DNA of 64,000 nt from a virus (Duplodnaviria > Caudoviricetes). Both the position numbers and the translations under genes were made by a program. Where the stretch lies: positions 1-64,000 of IMG/VR virus record IMGVR_UViG_3300033463_004353. One strand, 5' to 3'. The notes under the pieces are model-generated. The model saw nothing but the letters and a program-made list of their open reading frames with translations. It ran no database searches and had not been told where the DNA came from. Shown here piece by piece: positions 20,321 to 31,285 of the stretch. The first letter of the stretch is position 1. Each line of letters opens with the position of its first letter.

Positions 20321-22231
20321 TCACTTAGCATTGTTGAACATGTCACCAAATGGCTGAGATCTAGTTGCACCAGCTTGTGGGGTTGTTGAAGCATAGATCT
20401 TCGCAATGACTGGATTCCACACATCTTCAAGTGCTTTCTGTGCTGTCATCACTTTCTCATATGCATCTTCTTTGTCTTCTGCTGTATGGTACTCTTTCAG
20501 CACTTCTGACAAATTGTCTTTAGCAGGAGTGATGTTGCTCTTGTCTTCTTCGGTGAACTTGTCTTTCATTGCTTCATCTTCAAATGCTGAGTCAATAGAG
20601 TTCACAAGCAATTGTGCCATGTTCAGCTTAGACATCTTCTCTTCACGCTTCTTGTCTTCTTCTTTGTGTGCTTCTGCATCTGCTTTCATCTTCTCAATCT
20701 CTTCATCACTCAAGTTATTGTTAGAGATTGTGATCTTCTGCTCTTTGCCTGTAGCTTTATCCTTTGCAGACACATTCAAGACACCATTTGCATCAATGTC
20801 AAATGCAACTTCAATCTGAGGAACACCTGCCTTAGCTGGAGCAATGCCTTCCAAGTTGAATGTCCCAATCACCTTGCAGTCTTTAGCATATGTGCGCTCA
20901 CCTTGCAAGACAACTATTGTCACCGCTGTCTGATTGTCAACCGCAGTAGTGAATATCTGTGACTTCTTGCATGGGATAGTTGTCTGTGCCTCAATGATCT
21001 TTGCAAGTCTGCCTTCTGGGTCAAACTGGTTATGTGCCTCAATTCCCATAGAGATTGGAGTAACATCCAGCAATACTATATCACCAACACCTTCTTCCTT
21101 GTTCAAGATAGCACCTTGGATTGATGCACCAATAGCTACTGCTTCATCTGGGTTGACAGACTTTGATGGCTCTTTGCCAAAGAATGCTTTCACAGCATTC
21201 TGGATAGCCGGGATACGTGTTGATCCACCAACAAGTATGACCTCATCAATGTCACTTACGCCTAAGCCAGCTTGCTCTAGTGCAATGCGGCATGGCTCAA
21301 TTGTCTTCTTGACAATGTGGTCAATCAGCTGGTCAAACTTAGCACGAGTGAGTGTCATCACAAGATGCTTTGGTCCTGTCTGGTCAGCGGTGATGTATGG
21401 CAAGTTGATCTCTGTTGACATAGTAGAAGAGAGCTCAACCTTTGCTTTCTCAGCTGAGTCTTTCAACCTTTGCATAGCTATTGGATCTTTGCTCAAGTCT
21501 ATTGAGTTCTCTTTCTTGAATTCATCAACCATCCAAGATATCAATATGTTGTCAATGTCATCACCACCAAGGTGTGTGTCACCACTTGTGGCAAGGACTT
21601 CAAACACGCCACCACCAAACTCAAGAATAGATACGTCATGAGTACCACCACCGAAATCAAACACAACAATCTTCATGTCTTTGTCAGACTTATCAATGCC
21701 ATAGGCTAATGCAGCTGCGGTTGGCTCATTGACAATACGCTTGACATCAAGGCCAGCAATCTTGCCAGCTTCAATAGTAGCTTGGCGCTGGCGATCATCA
21801 AAGTATGCAGGCACAGTAATGACAGCTTCTTTGACTTCTTGTCCAAGATAGTCTTCAGCGGTCTTCTTCATCTTCTGCAGAACCATTGATGAGATTTCTT
21901 GTGGAGTGTATCTCTTGCCATCTACTTGGACTTTTGGCAAGTTAGAGTCATCAATCAAGTCATAAGGCATATGCTTGTCTTGATCTTTCACCTTGTCGTA
22001 TGTCATGCCGACATATCGCTTGATTGAGTAGATTGTGTTCTTTGGATTTGTGATAGCTTGGCGACGTGCTGCATCACCCACTTTACGCTCACCATCTTTG
22101 GTGAATGCTACGACAGAAGGAGTAGTTCGCTTGCCTTCTGAATTCTCAATGACATGAGGTTGGCCACCTTCAAAGACAGCTACACAGCTGTTAGAGGTAC
22201 CTAAATCGATACCAATAATCTTGTTGCTCAT
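20321..22231 (-). CDS. dnaK: Chaperone DnaK (Hsp70)
   Basis: [28 protein letters not shown] and LVGGSTRIP motifs; start MSNKIIG at 22231. Confidence 0.97.
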   Translation of the reverse strand: MSNKIIGIDLGTSNSCVAVFEGGQPHVIENSEGKRTTPSVVAFTKDGERKVGDAARRQAITNPKNTIYSIKRYVGMTYDKVKDQDKHMPYDLIDDSNLPKVQVDGKRYTPQEISSMVLQKMKKTAEDYLGQEVKEAVITVPAYFDDRQRQATIEAGKIAGLDVKRIVNEPTAAALAYGIDKSDKDMKIVVFDFGGGTHDVSILEFGGGVFEVLATSGDTHLGGDDIDNILISWMVDEFKKENSIDLSKDPIAMQRLKDSAEKAKVELSSTMSTEINLPYITADQTGPKHLVMTLTRAKFDQLIDHIVKKTIEPCRIALEQAGLGVSDIDEVILVGGSTRIPAIQNAVKAFFGKEPSKSVNPDEAVAIGASIQGAILNKEEGVGDIVLLDVTPISMGIEAHNQFDPEGRLAKIIEAQTTIPCKKSQIFTTAVDNQTAVTIVVLQGERTYAKDCKVIGTFNLEGIAPAKAGVPQIEVAFDIDANGVLNVSAKDKATGKEQKITISNNNLSDEEIEKMKADAEAHKEEDKKREEKMSKLNMAQLLVNSIDSAFEDEAMKDKFTEEDKSNITPAKDNLSEVLKEYHTAEDKEDAYEKVMTAQKALEDVWNPVIAKIYASTTPQAGATRSQPFGDMFNNAK

Positions 22232-22343
22232 AATTGAATTATGTTTTGTAAATTTTTTGATGCTCAGAAACAATGCTGTAGAGCACTATTTCTGCTATAA
22301 TAATAGTCTATCTACTATTATTTGTTCAACATTTTAACAACAT

Positions 22344-22949
22344 TTAAACTTCAAGTATATTCTTGTTAGAGTCATTGTAGTACATCAATGTCAATGCTGA
22401 AGTCTTCAATGAACGAATGTCATTTTCTATAAACTTCCTACGATCAAACTTGCTTGTTATCAGATGATATCCGTTGACAGTCTCTAGTGTATACACTACA
22501 TCAGCATTGCAATCACTTGTGAGATACTGCATAGTAGCATTGTAGTCTCCATCTTCTTGTGAGTCAAGATCTATCATCCATAGCTTGTCACGAGACTTAG
22601 ACTTGTCAACAGCCGACTCAAACAACCCACGGGTCTTCTTGCTATTGCACTTGTAGTTGTCAACCAATATGGTTATCAAGTCAAGCTGTATTGTCTTGTT
22701 ATTCTTGCGGCGCAGGTCAATGTAAGCACGGGCATTCAACGCTATGCAAATCATCTTCATGAATGGGACAACCTTGTCAAACTCTTCTAGTGAGAATATG
22801 CAGAATGACCTTATCCTACGAGCACCATCATGAGAGCTTATAGTGTTATTGCCATCTTTCTTGCGTTGTATCAGAGAGATGAAGTAGAACTCATCTGGGT
22901 CTTCAAACTTCATGAAAGACCTTATCTTCTGAATGTTGTCTATTTCCAT
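22344..22949 (-). CDS. Conserved phage protein, possible AEP (primase-polymerase)-like fold
   Basis: WMIDLD and TVNGYHLIT resemble AEP motifs I and II. Confidence 0.55.
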   Translation of the reverse strand: MEIDNIQKIRSFMKFEDPDEFYFISLIQRKKDGNNTISSHDGARRIRSFCIFSLEEFDKVVPFMKMICIALNARAYIDLRRKNNKTIQLDLITILVDNYKCNSKKTRGLFESAVDKSKSRDKLWMIDLDSQEDGDYNATMQYLTSDCNADVVYTLETVNGYHLITSKFDRRKFIENDIRSLKTSALTLMYYNDSNKNILEV

Positions 22950-23563
22950 ATCACAATTGTATCATAGCTGAACAGCCTTGGTATGTTGCATCCAATGAAG
23001 TTACCAACTAGTATTGTCAAGTAAGGGATTGCAAAGCTCTCAACTAAACTGTTGTCTGCCTCAAATATGTAGAATGCATCAGCAATGCTATGGTAGAATC
23101 CTAGAATGATGAATGTAGGAATTCCCATCAATATAAGCAAGTAATTGATCTTGTCTCCTCTGGCTGCAGCAACAACCATTGTCATTATGAATCCACAACC
23201 AATAGCTGACAGCAAGCATCCAATAAGGGTGTCAGATATCCTTGCTTCTATGATTGGTGTTGCATCAATGCCTTTCAATGCAAGCAAAGACAATAGCCAG
23301 CACCCAAACACATTGCCAAGCCATATGATAACTAAGTCAGTCCATGCTAATATCTTCTTGTAGTCAAAGAATCCAGCTTGGCCAGTATACAATGGCAACT
23401 TGAAGCACACAACAGTCAGCAAGCCAAATGCAAACATAATTGCACCAACTATGCCACCAAGCTTTATGAACATGCTACCACCAAGACCAATGCATATGCC
23501 AGCTAATGCACTACGAATGAACATATTGTATTCATATGACAGTCTCTCTCTAAATCTTCTCAT
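22940..23563 (-). CDS. Formate/nitrite transporter (FNT) family channel
   Basis: SALAGICIG, LYTG, GNVFG, GFYHSIAD and GNFIG motifs; about 6 TM helices. Confidence 0.88.
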   Translation of the reverse strand: MRRFRERLSYEYNMFIRSALAGICIGLGGSMFIKLGGIVGAIMFAFGLLTVVCFKLPLYTGQAGFFDYKKILAWTDLVIIWLGNVFGCWLLSLLALKGIDATPIIEARISDTLIGCLLSAIGCGFIMTMVVAAARGDKINYLLILMGIPTFIILGFYHSIADAFYIFEADNSLVESFAIPYLTILVGNFIGCNIPRLFSYDTIVIWK

Positions 23564-23577
23564 ATATCATTATCATT

Positions 23578-24114
23578 TCAAATATATCTCTTGTCAGTCT
23601 CACAGTATATTGGCTTCACATTCTTGATGTTCACCAGTTGACAGAATTTCCCAAATGTGTCATATAGCTTCACTTTAGGCAATATCTGGTTGACAATGAG
23701 CATATAGTACACCTTGCCTTTGTGCTTCACCATCTTGAATTCATTGCCATCATGATCACTAACCGATATCATAGACCCATCTTCCATCTTTGATATCACT
23801 CTATTAGAGTCTCGCACATAGTGTGTTGGCAGCATTGACAGCATAGCAACATGCTCATCTGTTGACATGCTTCTTGAGATAGCTCTAGCCAAGTATTGCT
23901 TGCCATTGTGCTTCCACCCTTCATCTGTCTCAGCAAACTGCTTGTTCACAATCATGCAAGCATTCTGGTAAGTTATCACATCATATTGTACATCAGACAT
24001 CACATGTACCCTACGATCATTGCCATCTTCCCAAGGTGACATCTGCAGCAGGTAGTTGTCCATCACCTTGTACACTATCTCTGTGTTCTTGTCTTGTATG
24101 TACTTGTCACTCAT
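23578..24114 (-). CDS. Hypothetical protein
   Basis: 178-aa ORF coupled to the NUDIX gene. Confidence 0.65.
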   Translation of the reverse strand: MSDKYIQDKNTEIVYKVMDNYLLQMSPWEDGNDRRVHVMSDVQYDVITYQNACMIVNKQFAETDEGWKHNGKQYLARAISRSMSTDEHVAMLSMLPTHYVRDSNRVISKMEDGSMISVSDHDGNEFKMVKHKGKVYYMLIVNQILPKVKLYDTFGKFCQLVNIKNVKPIYCETDKRYI

Positions 24115-24679
24115 CGCTGAACCACTTCTTGTATAGCTTCAAGACAACCTTCTTGTACCATGGGATGTTGATGTACTTGCTATATATCTGCTTGATGATC
24201 TTGTTATGGTTGAATGTCCAGCTATACAAGTCAACATGGTCTACTGGCTTGAATTCAATGCATGACACTTCATTCACTTCTGAGTTAGCATCACTCAGCT
24301 TGCCAACATAGCTCTCAACAGTCTCTGGCAATATGCCATACATCCTCACAGAAACATTCTGTCGTGATGATGCCATTGGATCTGACTCAATGTAGCAGAT
24401 GTTCAAGATGCCTTTGCTGATTTGGAGGCCTGTCTCTTCAAGCACTTCACGGCATGCTGCATCTTTGATGTCTTCATCATAGTCAAGATATCCACAGACA
24501 CAGTTCCAATATCCTTGGTAGTCTGGTGTGCCTTTACCACGCAAGTTTGTAAGGACATACCACAAGCCTTGCTCATCTCTTGCAAACAAGAACACAGATG
24601 CTGCAACACTTCGGCTAATCCATGCAATTCTCTTAAATCCATCTATTGGATCAACATACTCAACTGATTGGTTTCTCAT
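24107..24679 (-). CDS. NUDIX hydrolase
   Basis: Nudix box GYLDYDEDIKDAACREVLEETGL. Confidence 0.92.
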   Translation of the reverse strand: MRNQSVEYVDPIDGFKRIAWISRSVAASVFLFARDEQGLWYVLTNLRGKGTPDYQGYWNCVCGYLDYDEDIKDAACREVLEETGLQISKGILNICYIESDPMASSRQNVSVRMYGILPETVESYVGKLSDANSEVNEVSCIEFKPVDHVDLYSWTFNHNKIIKQIYSKYINIPWYKKVVLKLYKKWFSDE

Positions 24680-24778
24680 AGCTATTTGATTTTTTGCATT
24701 ATGAAAATAGAAACAACATCTAGATCTTTCAAATCACACAATTATTTTTAAATATATTTGTTTAGAGTACGGACGATT

Positions 24779-26932
24779 GTGACAAAGAAAGAGATAAAAC
24801 TAGGAAAGTGGAGCTTCTTGTGTGAGTTCATGAAGAATGGAGGCAAAGACTTCAATGACCCAACCTTGAAGAAGAGCTTTGTAATCATCCGTGACTTTGA
24901 CATGTATGACACCGTCGTGTATGACAAGAGCATACTAGTTGTTGAGAAGAGCTTGTATGAGAAGATGGTCAGCAATGCAGATGGTGACTTTGCTTTCCCA
25001 TTAGGCACAAAGAGCAACATCCACTACACAAACCTAGTTGAGAAATTCTCAACTTACAGCTTCTCTGATGCAAGAGACTTGGCATTCAGCATACTTGATA
25101 GCCAAACTATGGAAGATGCTAGCATACTCTGTGACAAGATAAGAGTGTGGTGGCCAGTCAACAAGAAGAGAGTTGACTTCATTGTCCATGCATACAGCTA
25201 TGTGAATGACATACATTTCCATTGGGTGTGTGAGTCATCTAAGATTGTTGAAAGAGTGTGTGACCATGAAGTGAGAGTTGGAATGAACAAATATCTAGAG
25301 CACATTGACCTAGTTGTGCCAAGCATTGATTGCTTGATGCTGCCTGCTAACAACTATTGCATCAATGATGTGATGAGTGAGATATCCAATGGATTCAACC
25401 CAAAAGAAAGGCAACTAGCTGATTGGCTGGTTGACAACTCACAAGATGAGTCAAGCACAGTGATGATGCTTGCTGACTTCATTCGCCCGTATGCAATCAA
25501 GAAGACAACTGAAGAAGTTGATGATGGCATAGATGGTGATGGGAATGCAAAGAAGAGGAAAGTAGACCACTTGATGAAGGTGTTCATCAGGGAAGACTCT
25601 ACTACAATGGCATCACAGTACATCAACAACTCAATGAACATATCTCTCTTCCCTTATTCTGGGATATCCAGCAATGAGTATGTGCTAGAAGATGGCATGC
25701 TGCCTTCTATGCTCTTCTCTTCACATGAGAACTCACTGAGGCTCAGTGCAAAGCTTGGATTTGACAACAAGAGAGTAGCACTTGTGAATGAGTTCTTGTT
25801 CCCAGGAAAAGAAGAAGACCAGCATGAGTATGATGAGCAGAAGCATGGCCCAATTGCAGACAAGATAGCTAGGCAAGTGACAGAGTACTACAAGATGTTC
25901 TATGTCAAAGATGAGTATGACTATGAGAGTGATGAGATGTTTGGTGATGAGAGTGAAGCGGTCAACAGCATCAAGCAGACAGGGTTTGTGATACAGATTG
26001 CTAATGACACAAAGTTTGATGATCCAATCTATGAGTCAAAGATTGACACCGAGAGCCCTTCTGATTGCTTCATATATGACTTCAGCTTCTCACTTGATGG
26101 GCTGGTGAGCTCACTTGAAGAGATACCAGAGACACTAGTGATGAGATCACTCTTCATTGACAAGTCACTAGGGATAGCCATATCTAGCAACCCTGTTGTG
26201 CTCACCAAAGAGTGGATGAAGCTGATGGTGAATGACACACCAACCCCAGCAATATGGGTTAGCAGACAAAATGACCTTACAAGAGAAAGCTACATGAGAG
26301 TCAAGAATGGATACAACTTCATAGACAAAGTGAACTGTGTGATATCAGAAGATGAAGACACAATGCTCGCAAGGAAGATGAGATCAATAGCTGAGAGCAT
26401 AAGCAGCATGCAGTTAGGTGAGATAAGCAGCATCCCAGAGCTAGACATAGACATAGAAGAAGCTCTAGATGACAACAGCCCTGAGAATGTTGATGTCACC
26501 CTCAAGCTGAATGACATAGTCAAGATCAATGAGAGCATAAAGAAGATGAATGACATGAAAGAGTCACTAGATGCTATTAGCCGCATGATAGTAGAGAATG
26601 ACAAGAAGAACTCTTTTGTTGACAGAGCAAGCTCAGACATGATCACAAAGATAGTGTACAAGCCTATATTCTACAAGACACAAGACTTGCAGAACATCAC
26701 TCTCAGGAAGTCAACATCACAGAACATAGGCATAAACTTGTCACAATACATGAACAAAGTCCAAGTGTTCACAATGAAGATAGGTGAAACAGTTGTCAAA
26801 GAATCTTCAAGGAATGATGCATTTGTCATCTTCAAGATAGATGCAAACACTCTTGACAGTGATGGAGGGACATACACAATAATGGATGAAGACTTTGAGT
26901 ACATATCATCCGGAAACTACAGCATATATTGA
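24779..26932 (+). CDS. Late/structural protein of unknown function (start probably GTG 24779)
   Basis: About 717-aa ORF downstream of TTATTTTTAA (24742-24751), coupled to baseplate genes. Confidence 0.75.
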   Translation: MTKKEIKLGKWSFLCEFMKNGGKDFNDPTLKKSFVIIRDFDMYDTVVYDKSILVVEKSLYEKMVSNADGDFAFPLGTKSNIHYTNLVEKFSTYSFSDARDLAFSILDSQTMEDASILCDKIRVWWPVNKKRVDFIVHAYSYVNDIHFHWVCESSKIVERVCDHEVRVGMNKYLEHIDLVVPSIDCLMLPANNYCINDVMSEISNGFNPKERQLADWLVDNSQDESSTVMMLADFIRPYAIKKTTEEVDDGIDGDGNAKKRKVDHLMKVFIREDSTTMASQYINNSMNISLFPYSGISSNEYVLEDGMLPSMLFSSHENSLRLSAKLGFDNKRVALVNEFLFPGKEEDQHEYDEQKHGPIADKIARQVTEYYKMFYVKDEYDYESDEMFGDESEAVNSIKQTGFVIQIANDTKFDDPIYESKIDTESPSDCFIYDFSFSLDGLVSSLEEIPETLVMRSLFIDKSLGIAISSNPVVLTKEWMKLMVNDTPTPAIWVSRQNDLTRESYMRVKNGYNFIDKVNCVISEDEDTMLARKMRSIAESISSMQLGEISSIPELDIDIEEALDDNSPENVDVTLKLNDIVKINESIKKMNDMKESLDAISRMIVENDKKNSFVDRASSDMITKIVYKPIFYKTQDLQNITLRKSTSQNIGINLSQYMNKVQVFTMKIGETVVKESSRNDAFVIFKIDANTLDSDGGTYTIMDEDFEYISSGNYSIY

Positions 26933-27294
26933 AACAGATGATAATAGACTTAGCACTAGATGACAGAGTAGTCATATCATCAAGCCTAGACATGGCAATA
27001 CAAGAGCTAGACTTGCTATTCAACACAGAGTGCACAGAGCTGATTGGCAACCCATACTTTGGGGTTAGCCTAGACCAGTTCTTGTGGACACTCACACCTA
27101 CTACTAGCTCACTCAAGAAATACTTGAGTGACAAGCTGGCTAAATTGCATTTCTTGAACATGTTCAAGTACAACTTGAATGTTGAGTATGAGAAGTCAGA
27201 AGAGTGGAACTCAGCATACAATGTCACAGTACAGATATGGACAGACAGAGATGACAGCTCTAAGACAATAAAAAGAGAATATAAGTTCAAATGA
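26929..27294 (+). CDS. Baseplate wedge protein, T4 gp25-like
   Basis: QELDLLFNTE...IGNPYFGVSL.QFLW pattern; located before a gp6-like gene. Confidence 0.75.
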   Translation: MKQMIIDLALDDRVVISSSLDMAIQELDLLFNTECTELIGNPYFGVSLDQFLWTLTPTTSSLKKYLSDKLAKLHFLNMFKYNLNVEYEKSEEWNSAYNVTVQIWTDRDDSSKTIKREYKFK

Positions 27295-28973
27295 GATTGT
27301 TTTCATTGATGCAGACAACATTTGACAGGTTTGACTCTACTATAGACTCTTACTTGTCAAAGGCGCTTGGATCTATAGGGTTGCAGTATTCTGACAACCA
27401 GATATTCAAGATAGTCCTCAATGCTATAAAGAGTGTCTTCCAGAATGTGATGCTGTATATTGAAGATGCATTTGTTGAGCAGAACATAGAGACAGCAACA
27501 AGGAAGAAGTCTGTCTACTCACTGGCAAAGCTGTCTGGCTATGAGCCTTACTATGGCAGTGCAGCAACAGGCACTGTCTTGCTCACCATGAAGAGCAGCA
27601 TCAACGATGTTGCAGAGAAGAAGAAGATATACATAGACAACTACTCATACATTGAAGACACAAAGACAGGCATTAGGTACATGCTGTGGCTTGAGAATGA
27701 CAGGCATGTAATTGACTTGTCAAAGCCTCTTGTTTCAACAGAAGTGAGGATCATACAAGGCACACTGCTGAGATCATCTTACACCGCAAAGGGTGAAGAG
27801 TTGGAGACTGTCCATGCAACAACTCAAGGCATGTATGACAAGTCTTATATGAATGTGTATGTCAACAATGTCAAGTATGACATAGTGTCTAACTTGTATG
27901 ACATGACCGAAGATGGTAATGAGTGTGTTGTTTCAACAGGGTTTGACAATGAGATTGATGTCACATTTGGTGATGGTGTGCATGGCAAGACACTCAATCG
28001 TGGTGACAATGTGTCTCTTGAGTATATCTCTCATGAAGGGACAAATGGCAACATATCTAGTGTAGAGTCTTCAAGCTTCAAGTTTGTGACTTCAGGCAGT
28101 GACTGGTCTGGTGACTCTGTGAACCTGAATGACTACATGAAGATAACACAGAACTCTCATGTTAGTGGTGGAACTGACAGTGACACAATAAGTGATGTCC
28201 GTAGGATGGTAGGATACAACTCAAGGAGCAATGTCCTTGCATCTGTCAACAACTATGCTCTGTTCTTGAAGCACTTCTCTTACATTGGCAACTTCAACAT
28301 ATGGCCAGAGAGCAACTCAAACATACTCTGCATAAGTGCTGTGACTGACAAGATAATGGACAGCTCTGACTTAGCTAAGTGGGAGAAGCTTTCAACAAGT
28401 GACATACTCCTGAATGATCGCCAAAAGGATGGGATAATAAAGTCAATAGAGAACTCTGAGATGACATTTGCAGGAACTGTTGTGAAGTTTGTTGATCCAA
28501 TAATATACAAGTATGCTGTCATATGCTATGTCAAGCCAGAAGATGAGTACTACAAAGAGACAATAACTGACACAATAAAGGCTGTTGTTGCAAAGATGTT
28601 TGTCAGCTTGACATTCAACACAAAGTTTGTCTCAAAGTCAGACATAATAAAAGAGATTGTTGAGAATGTGAAGCATGTGAAGTCAGTAGTTGTTGACATC
28701 ATATCAGAAGCCAACGAGATGGCTTACCATGACTCATACTACTACAAGTATGACATACATGCTGTTGGTGACAAGATCTCATATGACAAAGTGAAGTACA
28801 ACTATGAGACTGACTTGATGCTTGGCCTAGACAACATGGGCAACATATCAGTTGAGAGCTCACTGTACATGCCATTGCTGCATGGTGACATACTGTACTA
28901 TCCAAACAAGACAGGGTCATCATTGCAATCTAGCAGCATGAGGCTAGATCCTGTCAATGTCGTGTTCATTTGA
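27291..28973 (+). CDS. Baseplate wedge protein, T4 gp6-like
   Basis: IETATRKKSVYSLAKLSGYEP, VTFGDGVHGK and GGTDSDTISDVR motifs. Confidence 0.85.
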   Translation: MRLFSLMQTTFDRFDSTIDSYLSKALGSIGLQYSDNQIFKIVLNAIKSVFQNVMLYIEDAFVEQNIETATRKKSVYSLAKLSGYEPYYGSAATGTVLLTMKSSINDVAEKKKIYIDNYSYIEDTKTGIRYMLWLENDRHVIDLSKPLVSTEVRIIQGTLLRSSYTAKGEELETVHATTQGMYDKSYMNVYVNNVKYDIVSNLYDMTEDGNECVVSTGFDNEIDVTFGDGVHGKTLNRGDNVSLEYISHEGTNGNISSVESSSFKFVTSGSDWSGDSVNLNDYMKITQNSHVSGGTDSDTISDVRRMVGYNSRSNVLASVNNYALFLKHFSYIGNFNIWPESNSNILCISAVTDKIMDSSDLAKWEKLSTSDILLNDRQKDGIIKSIENSEMTFAGTVVKFVDPIIYKYAVICYVKPEDEYYKETITDTIKAVVAKMFVSLTFNTKFVSKSDIIKEIVENVKHVKSVVVDIISEANEMAYHDSYYYKYDIHAVGDKISYDKVKYNYETDLMLGLDNMGNISVESSLYMPLLHGDILYYPNKTGSSLQSSSMRLDPVNVVFI

Positions 28974-29011
28974 GTTATTATTAAAAAACAATGCAGATGG
29001 CACAGTTAGTG

Positions 29012-29437
29012 ATGGAGCACATATCAGAATTCATATCTGAGAGCAAATCAAAGGAAAGCCTTGTTGAAGAGATACTCAATGCTTTAGATGGTGACATAGT
29101 ACAAGCTATCGTAAAGCGCACAAAGAACTATGATGAGAACAAGATGCCTTGGTCTCGTGAGCCAATGTTCTTGATAGCTGAAAAGGAGCAGCAAAGTGAT
29201 GATGATGCCACAGAGAAAGTCTCAAGGACAATGTCATGGAAGAGAATAAGCTTCATGGACTTGTATGCAGATGGCTCTGAGTATGAGGTGAAAGGCACTA
29301 TTGATGACTATAATATAAAGAGTGATGTTGGTGAGTATCCATGCTCTGTGCTAGGTGTGTATGTTGACAGGCAGTTCTTGCCTATATGCAGCATTGAGTC
29401 TTTCAAGAGAGTTGTCAATATACTGAAGAGAAAATAA
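29012..29437 (+). CDS. Putative internal head protein (N-terminus MEHISEFISE)
   Basis: ATG 29012 is 27 nt after TTATTATTAA; N-terminus resembles the T4 capsid-targeting sequence. Confidence 0.6.
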   Translation: MEHISEFISESKSKESLVEEILNALDGDIVQAIVKRTKNYDENKMPWSREPMFLIAEKEQQSDDDATEKVSRTMSWKRISFMDLYADGSEYEVKGTIDDYNIKSDVGEYPCSVLGVYVDRQFLPICSIESFKRVVNILKRK

Positions 29438-29445
29438 CACTATAT

Positions 29446-30210
29446 ATGAATATACAAAAGATGAGTTGTTTCGTGAGCATACTAGATGACAGTGAATTGT
29501 CAAGCAAGATCAGTGATTGCAATTGCAAAGTAGTCCTTGGCAGCAGCACTGTATATGAAGGCAAAGTTAGTGATCTAAAGGAAGCAATCAATGAGATGGA
29601 TGCCAACATACTAGGAATGTGCATAGTTGAGGTGATGCTCAGCAATGGCACATCCATGGTGACAACACTGGCAGAAAATGAGAACATCTCAAAGATGAGA
29701 GAGATGCTTGATGGCAGAGACATCACAAAGCTGCCAGATGATGCAAAGGCATTCAACAAGCTGATGATAATGGCGACAATGGTGCCAATGATCCCTGGCA
29801 TAGTTGATGAAGAGGCTATAAGTGGCACAATGCTTGGAGACTTAATCAATAGGTATGGTGAGAGCTTCAAGAAGATATGTGCAATATCACAGATAGATGA
29901 GAAGAGACAGCCAAAGTTCTGCATTGATTACATGACAGAAGATGGATACTATGACAAGATGCTGACAGATGACTGGAAGAAGTCTCTCCAAGAGATTGGT
30001 GGAGCAAAGCTGCACTACTGGGCAGTTTCAAGAATGGAGTCTAGCAACTTCTCAGAGCTAGACTCACTAGTTGCATGGCATGCAGATGACAAAGGTACAG
30101 GGTATTGGAAGAATGTGCATGACAACTCAACCAATCCAAATGATCGCCCTAAGTGGGCAACAATCTTGAAGCCAAATGAGTTGAAGAAGCTTGAGTCACT
30201 CAGGAAATGA
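29446..30210 (+). CDS. Late protein of unknown function
   Basis: 254-aa ORF in the late cluster. Confidence 0.7.
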   Translation: MNIQKMSCFVSILDDSELSSKISDCNCKVVLGSSTVYEGKVSDLKEAINEMDANILGMCIVEVMLSNGTSMVTTLAENENISKMREMLDGRDITKLPDDAKAFNKLMIMATMVPMIPGIVDEEAISGTMLGDLINRYGESFKKICAISQIDEKRQPKFCIDYMTEDGYYDKMLTDDWKKSLQEIGGAKLHYWAVSRMESSNFSELDSLVAWHADDKGTGYWKNVHDNSTNPNDRPKWATILKPNELKKLESLRK

Positions 30211-30244
30211 CAACAAGGAAAAAATAAACTAATATAGAATTGAA

Positions 30245-30901
30245 ATGAAAAGCATAGTACAATTCATCAATGAGAACATAGAAGTTGAGCAAGGTCCTGG
30301 AGACTACAAAGTAGTTGTCTTGGCACGCCGTGAAGGCATTGAATTGTCTTCAATAACTGAAGAAGACTTCATAAAGTTCATCAGAGAAGATGTTGACAAA
30401 GCTATCAAAGAGTATTCTGCTATCATAAGCAAGTTCAATGTCAAATATCGTGAATGGCTAATCAAGACTGAAGTGGATGCTGCAGTCAAGTATGCTGAGA
30501 AGAAGTGGAAGACAGACAAGAAGCGCAATGAGTATGTAGAGAACATCAAGAAGAATGCTGAAGAGAAGCCTAGATACACTTACAAGGCAGAAGACATCTA
30601 CTTTGACTTCAAGCCAACACCATCAAATAGCATATCAGGAAGTTGCGTGATAAGCAAGAAGTCTACAACAAGAGACTTGAAGGAAGCTTACAAGATCTTG
30701 ATGCAAGACAAGTACTTCTTGTGTGGCAAAGGCTGGGCACTAAAGTATGAGACTACTGATGAGACAAGGCCTTATTCATTCCGCCCATGGATTGATGTGT
30801 TGCTAGATGAGTCAGACCGTGAAGAGCAGAATCGTGATGAAGAGATGCTCAGAAAGTCTATTGAGGCATTCTACTCAAACACCAACTATTGGGGAGACTA
30901 A
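30245..30901 (+). CDS. Putative internal head protein (N-terminus MKSIVQFINE)
   Basis: Capsid-targeting-like N-terminus. Confidence 0.65.
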   Translation: MKSIVQFINENIEVEQGPGDYKVVVLARREGIELSSITEEDFIKFIREDVDKAIKEYSAIISKFNVKYREWLIKTEVDAAVKYAEKKWKTDKKRNEYVENIKKNAEEKPRYTYKAEDIYFDFKPTPSNSISGSCVISKKSTTRDLKEAYKILMQDKYFLCGKGWALKYETTDETRPYSFRPWIDVLLDESDREEQNRDEEMLRKSIEAFYSNTNYWGD

Positions 30902-30921
30902 AAAAACAGATAGTAGGACAA

Positions 30922-31236
30922 ATGGTAAATCTTGGCAACTACATAAGCAGCATAGATGAAGCACAGAGAGATGTTGCTAAAATCAAGAGATTCAACCCAG
31001 ATGATGAGTGGACAGACAATTGCTTGAAGGCACTAGAAGATGCTTTCTCAAAAGAGTACACTATTGAGAAGAAATGGTCTGGCTCAATATGCTTCTACAA
31101 GAAAGGCAAGAAGCCATCACTCAAGAGCTTGGTATGCTCAATAAATGGCAACTCATACATTGACTTTGGCCCTAACACAAGTCTAGAGAATACACTAGGT
31201 GAAGAGATATTCAATGTGATAGACACCGTTGAGTGA
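30922..31236 (+). CDS. Late protein of unknown function
   Basis: MVNLGNYISSIDE...; ORF track start is 30889. Confidence 0.6.
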   Translation: MVNLGNYISSIDEAQRDVAKIKRFNPDDEWTDNCLKALEDAFSKEYTIEKKWSGSICFYKKGKKPSLKSLVCSINGNSYIDFGPNTSLENTLGEEIFNVIDTVE

Positions 31237-31285
31237 GCATTAGGTTTTGCCTATTTTATTTTTAAAAAATCGACAAATCTTGACG

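Noticed and set aside
19131-23563. Host chromosomal DNA or prophage junction around dnaK/dnaJ/FNT
   Set aside because: These genes share the codon style and promoter motifs of flanking phage genes and are interleaved with phage-type ORFs. No att site or integrase is visible.
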